Source: Candidatus Thorarchaeota archaeon
Lineage (GTDB): Archaea; Asgardarchaeota; Thorarchaeia; Thorarchaeales; Thorarchaeaceae
Direction: 5' to 3'
Length of the DNA stretch: 64,000 bases
Assembly (NCBI GenBank): GCA_048882485.1
Contig: JBHLRP010000001.1
Coordinates: 256,001 to 320,000 of the forward strand
Every line of letters starts with the position of its first letter. The stretch's first letter is position 1. A program made the position numbers and the translations under genes. This document shows, piece after piece, positions 1 through 8,592 of this stretch. The notes beneath the pieces are model-generated. The model was not told the origin of the DNA and ran no database searches. It saw only the letters and a list, made by a program, of their open reading frames with translations.

Positions 1-162
1 TCAGGCGATATCAAGGGGCTTGGAGTTCCAGTATTTGCAATCAGGCATCATGTTGAAGAGCGAGGCCTGAATGAGCGTCTAGCAATTGATGCCAATATGG
101 TCGAATATGATGGTGCAGTCGGCCTCATTATGGAGCAGTATGATAAAGTAATCTCGCTGTGA
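1..162 (+). CDS. DsrH/TusB-like sulfur-relay protein, C-terminal part (5'-truncated by window)
   Basis: Frame 1 reads SGDIKGLGVPVFAIRHHVEERGLNERLAIDANMVEYDGAVGLIMEQYDKVISL*; the 'V..RG...V.Y...V.LI..Y..VIS' pattern is DsrH/DsrF-like; DsrE and TusA genes are nearby. Confidence 0.7.
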   Translation, partial: SGDIKGLGVPVFAIRHHVEERGLNERLAIDANMVEYDGAVGLIMEQYDKVISL

Positions 163-282
163 GCTAGTCATGATGGCTTCTTTCTTTTCTCTTTGTTCAG
201 ATTTCCATATTGGGTCCTTTTGAGGCTCTTCGCAAACGTTGAATAAGGAATGAGACAATAGCAGAAACCTAGGTGCTCACTT

Positions 283-582
283 ATGGCATGGGAAAAACAC
301 TCAAAGAAGATTACAGAACTCAAAGAATCCAATACTCAGATTGATATGAAGGTCAGAGAACGCCTTGAAGAGATGATTGGCAAAGTCGCTGACCAAGACG
401 TAGCTGTAAGTTTAGGATTTTTGAAAGATTATTTGCATCTTCGAAAAGAAGATGATGATGCGATTGATGAGCTCAAGTTTCACGTGAATCTAATGGACGA
501 CATCCGTTACAGCGTAATTGCGGATGATAATGATCAGTCCATATACATCTACTTCACAAAAGAGAAGGAAGACAAGGACTGA
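283..582 (+). CDS. hypothetical acidic protein (99 aa)
   Basis: ORF with AGGTG SD-like site, typical codon usage, followed by a hairpin. Confidence 0.7.
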   Translation: MAWEKHSKKITELKESNTQIDMKVRERLEEMIGKVADQDVAVSLGFLKDYLHLRKEDDDAIDELKFHVNLMDDIRYSVIADDNDQSIYIYFTKEKEDKD

Positions 583-612
583 TATACCCACAATGCAAAA
601 GGAAAGTGCATT

Positions 613-645
613 GGAGAGAACTTGAGCTAATCCTGAGTTCTCTCC
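613..645. terminator. hairpin between convergent genes
   Basis: GGAGAGAACT...AGTTCTCTCC, 10-bp perfect stem. Confidence 0.6.
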
Positions 646-656
646 GCATGTTGGTT

Positions 657-1034
657 TTAGAAAGTCATCACTCTAGAGTGCTTCAGTGTATCATCAATCA
701 TGGTAGCTGCACCGGCGATCTCAATTCTCGGATCTCTGAGCTGGTCTTGAGTGATACCTCTGAACTCGACAGAGTTTGAGCACACCTGTACTTTGCCTCC
801 TGATTCCAGAAACGCATCGATCAAGTCTGGAAGTGGTGGGAAACCGGGTGCCTTTACTTTCTCCGCTGCGCCTTTCTTCATCAGATAAACTGCATCCATC
901 ATCAGAAATATGTTGGTTTCAATATCCTGAGCTTGAGCAGTAGTGCCTGTCACAAAGGGTCCATAACATCGTTCTGCTGCTTCAGGGCCCCATTGACCGA
1001 TAATGTATAGTTTTTCTGCTTCTGCCAATTTCAT
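657..1034 (-). CDS. DsrE/DsrF-like sulfur transferase family protein
   Basis: 'IFLMMDAV', 'G.KVQVC..S...RG' with conserved Cys, 'AGA' motif. Confidence 0.85.
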   Translation of the reverse strand: MKLAEAEKLYIIGQWGPEAAERCYGPFVTGTTAQAQDIETNIFLMMDAVYLMKKGAAEKVKAPGFPPLPDLIDAFLESGGKVQVCSNSVEFRGITQDQLRDPRIEIAGAATMIDDTLKHSRVMTF

Positions 1035-1043
1035 TCATCTCCA

Positions 1044-1439
1044 CTATAGAACAACAAGTTCAGCGTAGTACAAGACCATTGCAAAGGCTAGAAACATACT
1101 CACAATCAGGTTTGTGATGTGTGAGCTGTGAATTGGTCCACCCTGCATTGTCTTCATCAAGACAGGAACCGCCTGAATGAACTCCAGCAGGAACGCTAGA
1201 GCAAAGAAGACGAGGTCGATCGCTAGTAATAGCTGTACCAGATCCATGAATCCCAATGAGAATGTCGGCGCCACAATCCCCACAATCAAAGTGATGAGGC
1301 TGACCAGCATTCCCAACATGAGCATCATGACCTGGGGCATCAAGACAAATCCCATTCTCCTAGCCGCCATGAATCCACTGAACATCGTGGCGAAACCCAT
1401 TGCGAACAGGACGAATAGTAGTAGTTGGAAAACTGCCAT
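1044..1439 (-). CDS. integral membrane protein (~4 TM), co-oriented with dsrE-like gene
   Basis: Four hydrophobic segments; 9-bp gap to the dsrE-like gene. Confidence 0.75.
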   Translation of the reverse strand: MAVFQLLLFVLFAMGFATMFSGFMAARRMGFVLMPQVMMLMLGMLVSLITLIVGIVAPTFSLGFMDLVQLLLAIDLVFFALAFLLEFIQAVPVLMKTMQGGPIHSSHITNLIVSMFLAFAMVLYYAELVVL

Positions 1440-1514
1440 TTTGGTTCACCCAAGTGATTGAGGCGCAAAAATAATCCACTGATAAGGGTGTCGGAAATGG
1501 AACAAAAGATGGAC

Positions 1515-1622
1515 ATCGGGTGTGCGAAAACGCACAATCGTTGCTTAAGAATTGTTAATCGGGTGTGTGAAATCGCGCAACCGATGCTTAAAAATCGTTA
1601 ATCGGGTGTGTGAAATCGCACA
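1515..1622. repeat. 43-bp-period tandem repeat (three palindromic cores TGTGYGAAAWCGCRCA), putative operators
   Basis: ATCGGGTGTGCGAAAACGCACA at 1515, ATCGGGTGTGTGAAATCGCGCA at 1558, ATCGGGTGTGTGAAATCGCACA at 1601; the two spacers are also similar (tgcttaa.aat.gtta). Confidence 0.9.
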
Positions 1623-1675
1623 TCTGTGCATCGCAATCCTTTAAACTGCAACGCAACAGAGCCGGGCCGTAGGTT

Positions 1676-1918
1676 TTGACGATGACCCACGACGTAGCAC
1701 GAACATTCGATGCCTCAGGTATGAGGTGCCCAATGCCAATCCTCAAGACAAAGAAAGAGATCAGCCAAGTTGAAATTGGTCAGATTCTCCAAGTAATCGC
1801 GACTGACATCGGAACCAAAAAGGACTTCCCTGCATTTGCCGAGAGAACCGGTCATGAGATAGTTGAACTTGTTGAAGAAGGCGACAGACTCGTTTGGTAT
1901 ATTAGGCGTACCAAGTGA
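1676..1918 (+). CDS. tusA: sulfurtransferase TusA family protein (likely ATG at 1682)
   Basis: 'DASGMRCPMPILKT' CPxP motif, 'ATD.GT.KDFPAF...GH'; TTTAAA TATA-like box at ~1640. Confidence 0.92.
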   Translation: MTMTHDVARTFDASGMRCPMPILKTKKEISQVEIGQILQVIATDIGTKKDFPAFAERTGHEIVELVEEGDRLVWYIRRTK

Positions 1919-1935
1919 TGTTTTTTCTGGGAAGG

Positions 1936-2343
1936 CTATGCCTTCTTTCCTGGGACGATTAGGACTTGTCCCAGCATATCTCCTATCATGACAGAGGCCT
2001 TCAGTCTGGACTGAAACATTGCCATGTTTGCCACTCTTTCTTCATTATAAGGTTTGTATTCAAGAGCCCCAATACAAGATATGTGGCCCATGCCATTCGC
2101 ACCATAAAATGATTGAAGGACCATTCCATATGCTGGAATGTCAATTGGTCTTATTGGGACTATTCGTGTTTCACCTTCAACAAATGGGACTTTCTCATTT
2201 GCCACGACTGGTGTCAGCTTCGCTCTGTCCCATTGCAATGCGATTTCAATTTCGTTAAGTCCATCCACTGCAGACCTGACCCTATCTATCCCAATCTCTG
2301 CTAAGTCTTGTCTGCAACTTATGACATAGATTTTCTCTGACAA
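1936..2343 (-). CDS. DUF22-like protein
   Basis: 'GETRIV.I.PI.IP...G..GH....G...GD.LG.V.' pattern resembles archaeal DUF22. Confidence 0.6.
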   Translation of the reverse strand: MSEKIYVISCRQDLAEIGIDRVRSAVDGLNEIEIALQWDRAKLTPVVANEKVPFVEGETRIVPIRPIDIPAYGMVLQSFYGANGMGHISCIGALEYKPYNEERVANMAMFQSRLKASVMIGDMLGQVLIVPGKKA

Positions 2344-2463
2344 TGCTGAGTTCTCCTTGATGAAACTGTGGATTAGCAGTCTTAAGTAATTATCGAATCA
2401 TGATTCATTATATGGTGAATAATTCTAGAATCTATTTATGCTAGTCTTCAGTTGATAAAATGA

Positions 2464-3303
2464 GTGAGATCGATGGATACAGCTGAAATCATGGAGATTG
2501 CCCTTGAGATGGCTGAGCTGGACGAGATTCCAGGTGACTCGGCTATCCACGTGCCTGGGACAGACATTCAGCGAATTCTGATAGGAATTGACATGTGGAC
2601 GTCGGAGCTTCTGCTTGCCAGAGAGTTAAACTACGACTTGGTCATTGCACATCATCCTCCCGGTGGTGTTGCTAGAATCAATTTTGACCAAGTAGTGCTA
2701 AGGCAGATTCAGCAGATGATTGATGCAGGCATTCCTTCACACCGAGCAGAGAAGGCTCTAAAACCACGTCTAGATGTCACAAGAGCGAACATTCACACAA
2801 GCAACTACGATCGGTTTGTTTCTGCGGCACGTCTGATGGAGATGCCCTTTATGAACATCCATCTCCCCCTTGACATAATCTGTCGAAGGCGATTCATTGA
2901 GGCGGTGGAAGAAGGAACTAGGAACATCACAGAACCACTGGTGCAAGATGCAATAGAAGCGATGAATGAGATTCCAGAGATGAAAATGGGAATGACTGAG
3001 CCTATGGTTCATGTTGGCTTAGCCCAGAATCGACTAGGCGGTTGGATTGTAGCAATGGCGGGAGGGACAAATGGAGGAGCAGGAGTCGCCAAGGCTTACT
3101 TTGATGCTGGTTATTCAACTGTGATCTACATGCACCTTGGGGACACAGATAAGAAGGAACTCCTTAATTATGAAAATGCTGGAAACCTGGTGGCGACGGG
3201 GCATATTGCATCGGACTCGGTTGGCATTGCTCCCTTTGTCAAGGAGTTGCGTTCGAGAGGACTAGAAGTCACACCTATGAGTGGAGTCTTTGTCCCTGAA
3301 TAG
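2464..3303 (+). CDS. NIF3-like dinuclear metal-centre protein
   Basis: 'ILIGID', 'DLVIAHHP', 'NIHLPLD', 'GHIASD' metal-binding motifs. Confidence 0.8.
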   Translation: MRSMDTAEIMEIALEMAELDEIPGDSAIHVPGTDIQRILIGIDMWTSELLLARELNYDLVIAHHPPGGVARINFDQVVLRQIQQMIDAGIPSHRAEKALKPRLDVTRANIHTSNYDRFVSAARLMEMPFMNIHLPLDIICRRRFIEAVEEGTRNITEPLVQDAIEAMNEIPEMKMGMTEPMVHVGLAQNRLGGWIVAMAGGTNGGAGVAKAYFDAGYSTVIYMHLGDTDKKELLNYENAGNLVATGHIASDSVGIAPFVKELRSRGLEVTPMSGVFVPE

Positions 3304-3318
3304 TCGAAAGACACCCGG

Positions 3319-4197
3319 TCAGAGACCCCGCATATGGCTAGGGCGCAACGACTTCTTGTCACCTGTGGTCAGTACTGACTCAATGATATGTAGAATCTGA
3401 TCTCTATCTTTATTCAGAGTGCCTCCGATTGGCAAGTAGTTTGATGCGTGATTGGTGCGAAATACACATTCACTAAGCTCGAGATGTTTGACTAGTGTCC
3501 TCATCTCATCAAGAATCTCAAATGGAGACATTGGCTCGAATTCCTTTCGTTTTGTCATCTCATAGAGTGGCGTCCCTGGCGGAATCATCAAAGTCAAAGC
3601 GCCCACATATTCGGGATCTATCTTGTTTAATGCTTCCGCTGTAAGTCTTGCATGTTTTTCAGAATGCTCCAAGCCTCCCAATCCCAATATGATTGTTAGT
3701 GACAGTGGAATTCTAGCGTTCCTTATTTTCAGGCAAGCCTCGACATTTTCTTCTGTCGTCACACCCTTTCGACTCCACTGGAGCAATTCATCGTCTCCAG
3801 TTTCCAAACCCAGGTACACAATTCCCAGACCAGCAGTCCTAAGTGTGCTTAGATCGTCTTCTGACTTTTCTCTTACGTCCTTAGCATAGGCATATGATCC
3901 AACTCTCTCTAGTTGCGGTAACTCTGAATGCAGGAATTCTAGGACTTCTTTCAAGTCATCAGTGTCCATAGCTAGGGCGTTCCCATCCGCAAGAAAGACT
4001 CTTCTCACCCGGTTCTTGATAGTCTGATCCACTGAATTCAAGTCACTTGATATTCCCTGGACACCTCTCACCTTGTACTTCTTCCTCTTGTAAGACACGC
4101 AGAATGTGCATGCATTATGGGAGCAACCTACTGTTGCCTGAAGAATCAGACTTCGCGCCTCACTAGGTGGTCTCCAAATCGAGCCTTCATATTCCAA
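3319..4197 (-). CDS. radical SAM protein (RPPSEA-type)
   Basis: CSHNACTFC variant motif, 'RPPSEA.SLILQAT.GC', 'FLADGNAL', 'HASNY'; start uncertain (4197/4200/4221). Confidence 0.88.
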   Translation of the reverse strand: MEYEGSIWRPPSEARSLILQATVGCSHNACTFCVSYKRKKYKVRGVQGISSDLNSVDQTIKNRVRRVFLADGNALAMDTDDLKEVLEFLHSELPQLERVGSYAYAKDVREKSEDDLSTLRTAGLGIVYLGLETGDDELLQWSRKGVTTEENVEACLKIRNARIPLSLTIILGLGGLEHSEKHARLTAEALNKIDPEYVGALTLMIPPGTPLYEMTKRKEFEPMSPFEILDEMRTLVKHLELSECVFRTNHASNYLPIGGTLNKDRDQILHIIESVLTTGDKKSLRPSHMRGL

Positions 4198-4217
4198 CAC
4201 GGGCAGCCACAACGCAA

Positions 4218-4514
4218 TCAAATAGTAATAGCGCGTCTATCTGTCATTTTCGAATAAATCTTGTTCATTAGCCAAAGGCAAGTCAATAACCCAGATGCCC
4301 ATAGATAAGGCGCTATTTGAGCTCCAACATCAATGTGGAGTGAAGGAGCAGAAACACTGACACAGCAATAGAAGAAAATCGTCACCATCCAAGAGAGAGA
4401 GAGAACCGCAGTGAGAAGGTTTGTCCAGAAACCAACCTCTTCGATGGTTTCGTCTTCCCTTTCCTCAAGGGATTCCCAACGATAATGCTCCACCTCTTGC
4501 ATTATTCTCCACAC
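4218..4514 (-). CDS. small 2-TM membrane protein
   Basis: Two hydrophobic helices; similar to a degraded copy immediately upstream. Confidence 0.7.
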   Translation of the reverse strand: MWRIMQEVEHYRWESLEEREDETIEEVGFWTNLLTAVLSLSWMVTIFFYCCVSVSAPSLHIDVGAQIAPYLWASGLLTCLWLMNKIYSKMTDRRAITI

Positions 4515-4616
4515 CTATGATGTACCATCAAAATACATGGTTTCTATCTTAATAGAATGTTATTTCAACGCAACAAGCAGCGGAACCAATCGGGATGGAG
4601 CATCTCACGCACTGAG

Positions 4617-4861
4617 CTAATCCGCCTTCATCTTTGACTTCTTCACAATTCAAAGAATGGTGACTAGAATCGATGCCAAAAGATACGGAGAGATTTGTGC
4701 TAATAAATCGAAATTGAATGATATTGCTGCCCACGAGATTTGGATAAAAACACAAATGTGATGAATCAGGCAATCACCAGTATGCCAGTCCAAACATCCA
4801 TCGACCCTTCTTCTTTGGGCGGTCTTCCAGTTTCCCTGGGTTCATAACTTGGTGGAGTCAT
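4617..4861 (-). pseudogene. disrupted paralog of the 4218..4514 membrane protein
   Basis: MTPPSYEP...MDVWTGILVIA*FITFVF, then after a frameshift IQISWAAISFNFDLLAQISPYLLASILVTIL*IVKKSKMKAD*; aligns to ...FWTNLL...WMVTIFF...AQIAPYLWASGLLTCLWLMNKIYSKMTD. Confidence 0.65.
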
Positions 4862-5016
4862 GGTTCCATTCTTCCTTCTGCTTGTTCACTTGCTTTACAA
4901 AGGGCTCCAAAAGGATGTTCCTTCTGAGCATAGCCGCCTTTCTGTGTTATTCGCAATACTCATCTTCATAGCGCACTGTAGGATACCTCGATTAGCGTCA
5001 GTATGAGGAATTCAAT

Positions 5017-5559
5017 TTGTCAGTGCCAGCTTACAAAGTGCTTCTTGTGGGGGACGCAAATGTAGGAAAATCCTCTTTGATTCGAAGGATGGTGCTTGGT
5101 GAGTTTGACCCTGACTATACTGCAATGATAGGCGTGGATCTTAGCGCCATTGCCATAAATGTCGATCCCATCACACCAGTGATTTTGACAGCAATTGACC
5201 TAGGAGGCCAAGAGGATTTTAGCAAGCTAAGGACTCAATACTACAAGGGAGCTCACTATGCGATAATGGTCTATGATATATCAAATCGAGACTCGTTTGA
5301 TCATATCCCCGTCTGGATCCATGGGCTGATGACAAATGTGGAGCTACGGGATAAGCAAACCTTTCCATGCATGCTTGTTGGCAACAAATCTGACATGGAC
5401 TCTGAGCGCGAAATCACAGCAGTGGAAGGACGACTACTTGCCAACTCTAGGGGTTGGCCATTCTATGAGGCAAGCGCAAAGTCTGGGGACAATGTTGATG
5501 GGATATTCCTAAGAATTGCAAAATACCTCTTTGCTAAGTATCCCCCAGTGAGAAAGTAG
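5017..5559 (+). CDS. Rab-like small GTPase (eukaryotic signature protein)
   Basis: G1 GDANVGKSS, IGVD, G3 DLGGQE, YYKGA, G4 NKSD, G5 EASAK. Confidence 0.93.
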   Translation: MSVPAYKVLLVGDANVGKSSLIRRMVLGEFDPDYTAMIGVDLSAIAINVDPITPVILTAIDLGGQEDFSKLRTQYYKGAHYAIMVYDISNRDSFDHIPVWIHGLMTNVELRDKQTFPCMLVGNKSDMDSEREITAVEGRLLANSRGWPFYEASAKSGDNVDGIFLRIAKYLFAKYPPVRK

Positions 5560-5645
5560 GGTTTTTTAGGGAGTTTCAATGGCGGCGTACTTCGCTCGTC
5601 ATAATTGACGACCGAAATTGGAGCAATTCAGAGAAGGAATGTCTA

Positions 5646-7103
5646 ATGGCTGATGTGCCCATAATTAAGAACTACATCAATGGAGAATGGGTTGAGTCCA
5701 GCTCCTCTGACATCAGAGATATCCGGAACCCTGCAAATGGCGAAGTCATCGCGAAGGTCCCGATGAGTACAATCGAGGAGACCAAGGCAGCAATTGAAGC
5801 AGCACACAAGGCCTTTCCCAGATGGCGGCGGACTATTCCAATCACCAGAGCTAGATACTTCTTTGAGATGAAGACTCTCATGGAAGAACGATTCGAGGAG
5901 CTAGCCGAACAGGTTGTTATCGAGAATGGAAAGATAATGGATGAGGCTCGAGGTGAGATTAGACGTGGGATTGAGAATGTGGAAGTGGCGACAGGTATTC
6001 CTTCATTAATGATGGGTTATAATGCAGAAGATGTCTCTCCTGATATCGATGAGATTGTCCTACGTCAGCCAATGGGAGTCTTCTTTTGCTTGTCGCCTTT
6101 CAATTTTCCAAGCATGGTCCCGCTTTGGTTTCTACCAACAGCTGTAGCAACTGGAAACACCTACATCCTGAAACCCTCTCCTATTGCTCCGATTAGTGCC
6201 ATGAAGCTCTTTGAGATAATAGACGAAATCGGTTTCCCTCCAGGCGTAATCAACCTAGTCAATGGCGACATCGATTCCGCAAACACACTTTTGGATAGTC
6301 CCTTAACGAAAGGGGTTTCCTTTGTTGGTTCAACTCCAGTTGGAAAATTAGTCTATGAGAGAGCTGCAGCCAATGGCAAACGAGCACAGGTCCAGGCTGG
6401 TGCCAAGAACTTCCTGCTTGTTATGCCGGACGCTGATCTCGAACGTACAGCATCGGCTCTTATGACTTCATGTTATGGATGCGCCGGAGAACGTTGCCTC
6501 GCAGGTGCGGTTATTCTGGCAATGGAGGAGATCCATGAGCAATTAGTCAAGATTCTTGTCGAGAAAGCCAAGATGATTCGAGTTGGTAATGGTCTTGAAG
6601 CAGGTGTACATATGGGGCCTGTGATCACCGCAAAAGCGAGAGATAGAACATTCGACTTCATTGAGAGCGGTGTCAAGGAAGGTGCCAAATTGCTCCTAGA
6701 TGGTAGAAATGTCAAGGTTGAAGGACACGAATCTGGTTTCTTTGTGGGTCCAACGGTATTCGACGAGGTCACGCCTGACATGCGGATTGCCAAGGAGGAG
6801 ATATTCGGTCCGGTGATGTCAGTAGTGAAAGTGAAGAGCTATGAGGAAGCTTTGGACATCATTCATGCTAGTCCATTTGGCAATGCATCTTCTATCTTTA
6901 CCTCCAGTGGAGGATGGGCAAGGAGATTCTCATATGAGGTGCCAACCGGGAATGTTGGAGTTAACATAGGAATCGCGGCTCCAGTGGCTCATTTTCCTTT
7001 CTCTGGGATGAAGGACTCATTCTTTGGAGATCTGCATGGTCAGGGAAGAGATGCAATTCGATTCTTCACCGAGGACAAAGTAGTTATCACACGTTGGTTC
7101 TAG
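5646..7103 (+). CDS. mmsA: CoA-acylating methylmalonate/malonate-semialdehyde dehydrogenase
   Basis: ALDH motifs PFNFP, FVGST, GAKN, catalytic 'AGERCLA', EEIFGPV, 'FFGDLHGQG', C-terminal 'ITRWF'. Confidence 0.9.
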   Translation: MADVPIIKNYINGEWVESSSSDIRDIRNPANGEVIAKVPMSTIEETKAAIEAAHKAFPRWRRTIPITRARYFFEMKTLMEERFEELAEQVVIENGKIMDEARGEIRRGIENVEVATGIPSLMMGYNAEDVSPDIDEIVLRQPMGVFFCLSPFNFPSMVPLWFLPTAVATGNTYILKPSPIAPISAMKLFEIIDEIGFPPGVINLVNGDIDSANTLLDSPLTKGVSFVGSTPVGKLVYERAAANGKRAQVQAGAKNFLLVMPDADLERTASALMTSCYGCAGERCLAGAVILAMEEIHEQLVKILVEKAKMIRVGNGLEAGVHMGPVITAKARDRTFDFIESGVKEGAKLLLDGRNVKVEGHESGFFVGPTVFDEVTPDMRIAKEEIFGPVMSVVKVKSYEEALDIIHASPFGNASSIFTSSGGWARRFSYEVPTGNVGVNIGIAAPVAHFPFSGMKDSFFGDLHGQGRDAIRFFTEDKVVITRWF

Positions 7104-7128
7104 ATGGAGCAAGGAGCTAGACTGAGAT

Positions 7129-7563
7129 ATGGACCTTGGTACCACAGGGGCAATCCTTACTTTTGCCCTTGAGCTTGAGAAGGACATTGGGGCTTTCTAT
7201 AGAAGGAATCTTCCTGAGTTGAGCAATGCCCATCTTAGGCAGGTTTTTGGAGAAATCCAGAGGACCCAGAAAAAGCGAGAACGGCTCTTAGGTAGGCTGA
7301 GAAGAGAGAATGTCACAGAGATGATTCTTGAACCTATTCATGGGTTCGAAAGCGATGCCTTTGAAATGGCTATATCATCTGAGGTACCTCATGATGACTC
7401 TTTCCTCAAAGCAACTGCTATCAAGGTTGAAGAAACCTTACAATCATTCTTTGCAGCAGCATCTGAGAAAACCACCTTCCTTCCCGAAGTTAGTGATGAG
7501 TTCAAGAGGATATCAGAGGAAGCCGGGAAATATGCCGTTCTTCTGTTGTCAATTGAACCATAG
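7129..7563 (+). CDS. ferritin/rubrerythrin-like four-helix protein
   Basis: 'L.FALELEK...FY' repeated as 'A.KVEE...FF'; iron ligands partly degenerate. Confidence 0.65.
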   Translation: MDLGTTGAILTFALELEKDIGAFYRRNLPELSNAHLRQVFGEIQRTQKKRERLLGRLRRENVTEMILEPIHGFESDAFEMAISSEVPHDDSFLKATAIKVEETLQSFFAAASEKTTFLPEVSDEFKRISEEAGKYAVLLLSIEP

Positions 7564-7605
7564 CCTATAAACACACACTTCTTCAAGCATCAGTCCTTGC
7601 ATTGA

Positions 7606-8469
7606 TTAGAAATCAAAGATACTGGTGGAAAACTCGTCTTGCCTTGCTTCTCTTCGCAGCTTCAATGGTATCTCTATGCTCTTGTCTAGACGCCAGGGAA
7701 TGTCAAGTGTTATCTTTAGAATGTACAGGTAATCAATGAGATTCGACTTGAAAGCTTCTGGCCATTCCTCCCCAGTCTTCACTGTCACATCAACCCAACT
7801 CTCTCTCAAGATTTTGTCTTCTTCCCAATACTGTTGATCCATCTCATTGTCGTTGTTTGTATCTCTCCCCTGAGGTGAAACTTTCTCTCTTAAAATGAGT
7901 TCAGCTCTAACTCCTCGGATATTTGTGTCACTGCCTACAAGATACCTGAAACGGATGTAATCTCCACGTCGAACAGTGTCACTGTCCAATTCAACTCGCA
8001 AGAGATGTCTGCCCTCATTTGAGATTTCTTTCTGAATCATAGTCTGCTCCAATTCCACTGATTCTTTAGGTGGCGCAGTAACTACAATTCTCCGCTCCGT
8101 TTTGGGATCAAGAGCCCATTTGACCTCTATTTTGCCTTTGATTTCATATCTAATCCAGCTATATGTGCCCTCAAAGCTAGATACTGATTCTTTCGGTAGT
8201 TCAAATGCAAACTCAAATCGAGTTTCTCCTTCCATTACGGTGGATTGATTAAAAATCTCCAGATAATAGGCGAAATATTCGAATTTCTCAAGAAACACTC
8301 GACGATGTTTGCCGCTACCTACAACCACTCTTGACTGTTCAGTACAGCTGAAGACTAGATTCACTGACTCACAGTCGAAGTCGTCATCGCAAACAACAAT
8401 CGCATGTCCTTCAACTCGCTCTCCAGGTGAATATTCCTCTTTTGGCAGATGAATGGATATCTCTCTCAA
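7606..8469 (-). CDS. arrestin-like (Arrestin_N/SpoOM-type) two-domain protein
   Basis: 'Y.PGERV.G', 'GETRFEFAFELP....SSFEG....IRYEIK' arrestin N-domain pattern plus a second beta-sandwich. Confidence 0.75.
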   Translation of the reverse strand: MREISIHLPKEEYSPGERVEGHAIVVCDDDFDCESVNLVFSCTEQSRVVVGSGKHRRVFLEKFEYFAYYLEIFNQSTVMEGETRFEFAFELPKESVSSFEGTYSWIRYEIKGKIEVKWALDPKTERRIVVTAPPKESVELEQTMIQKEISNEGRHLLRVELDSDTVRRGDYIRFRYLVGSDTNIRGVRAELILREKVSPQGRDTNNDNEMDQQYWEEDKILRESWVDVTVKTGEEWPEAFKSNLIDYLYILKITLDIPWRLDKSIEIPLKLRREARQDEFSTSIFDF

Positions 8470-8592
8470 ACCTACTACCCCTTTCCTATCGAGAAGTCTT
8501 TCATTGCTTTGAGCCTATTTGGAAATGAATGCAGAAAAACACTTGCCAGAATATTGTAAATGGACACTTTGGGGGCCATCTCGAGTCGGGTA

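Noticed and set aside
1515-1622. Mini-CRISPR interpretation of the 43-bp repeats
   Set aside because: The spacers are near-identical and only ~21 bp, and there are no cas genes; it is a tandem repeat
2395-2431. Short palindromes GAATCATGATTC and ATTCTAGAAT in a divergent promoter
   Set aside because: Single, AT-rich and not repeated; cannot be told from chance
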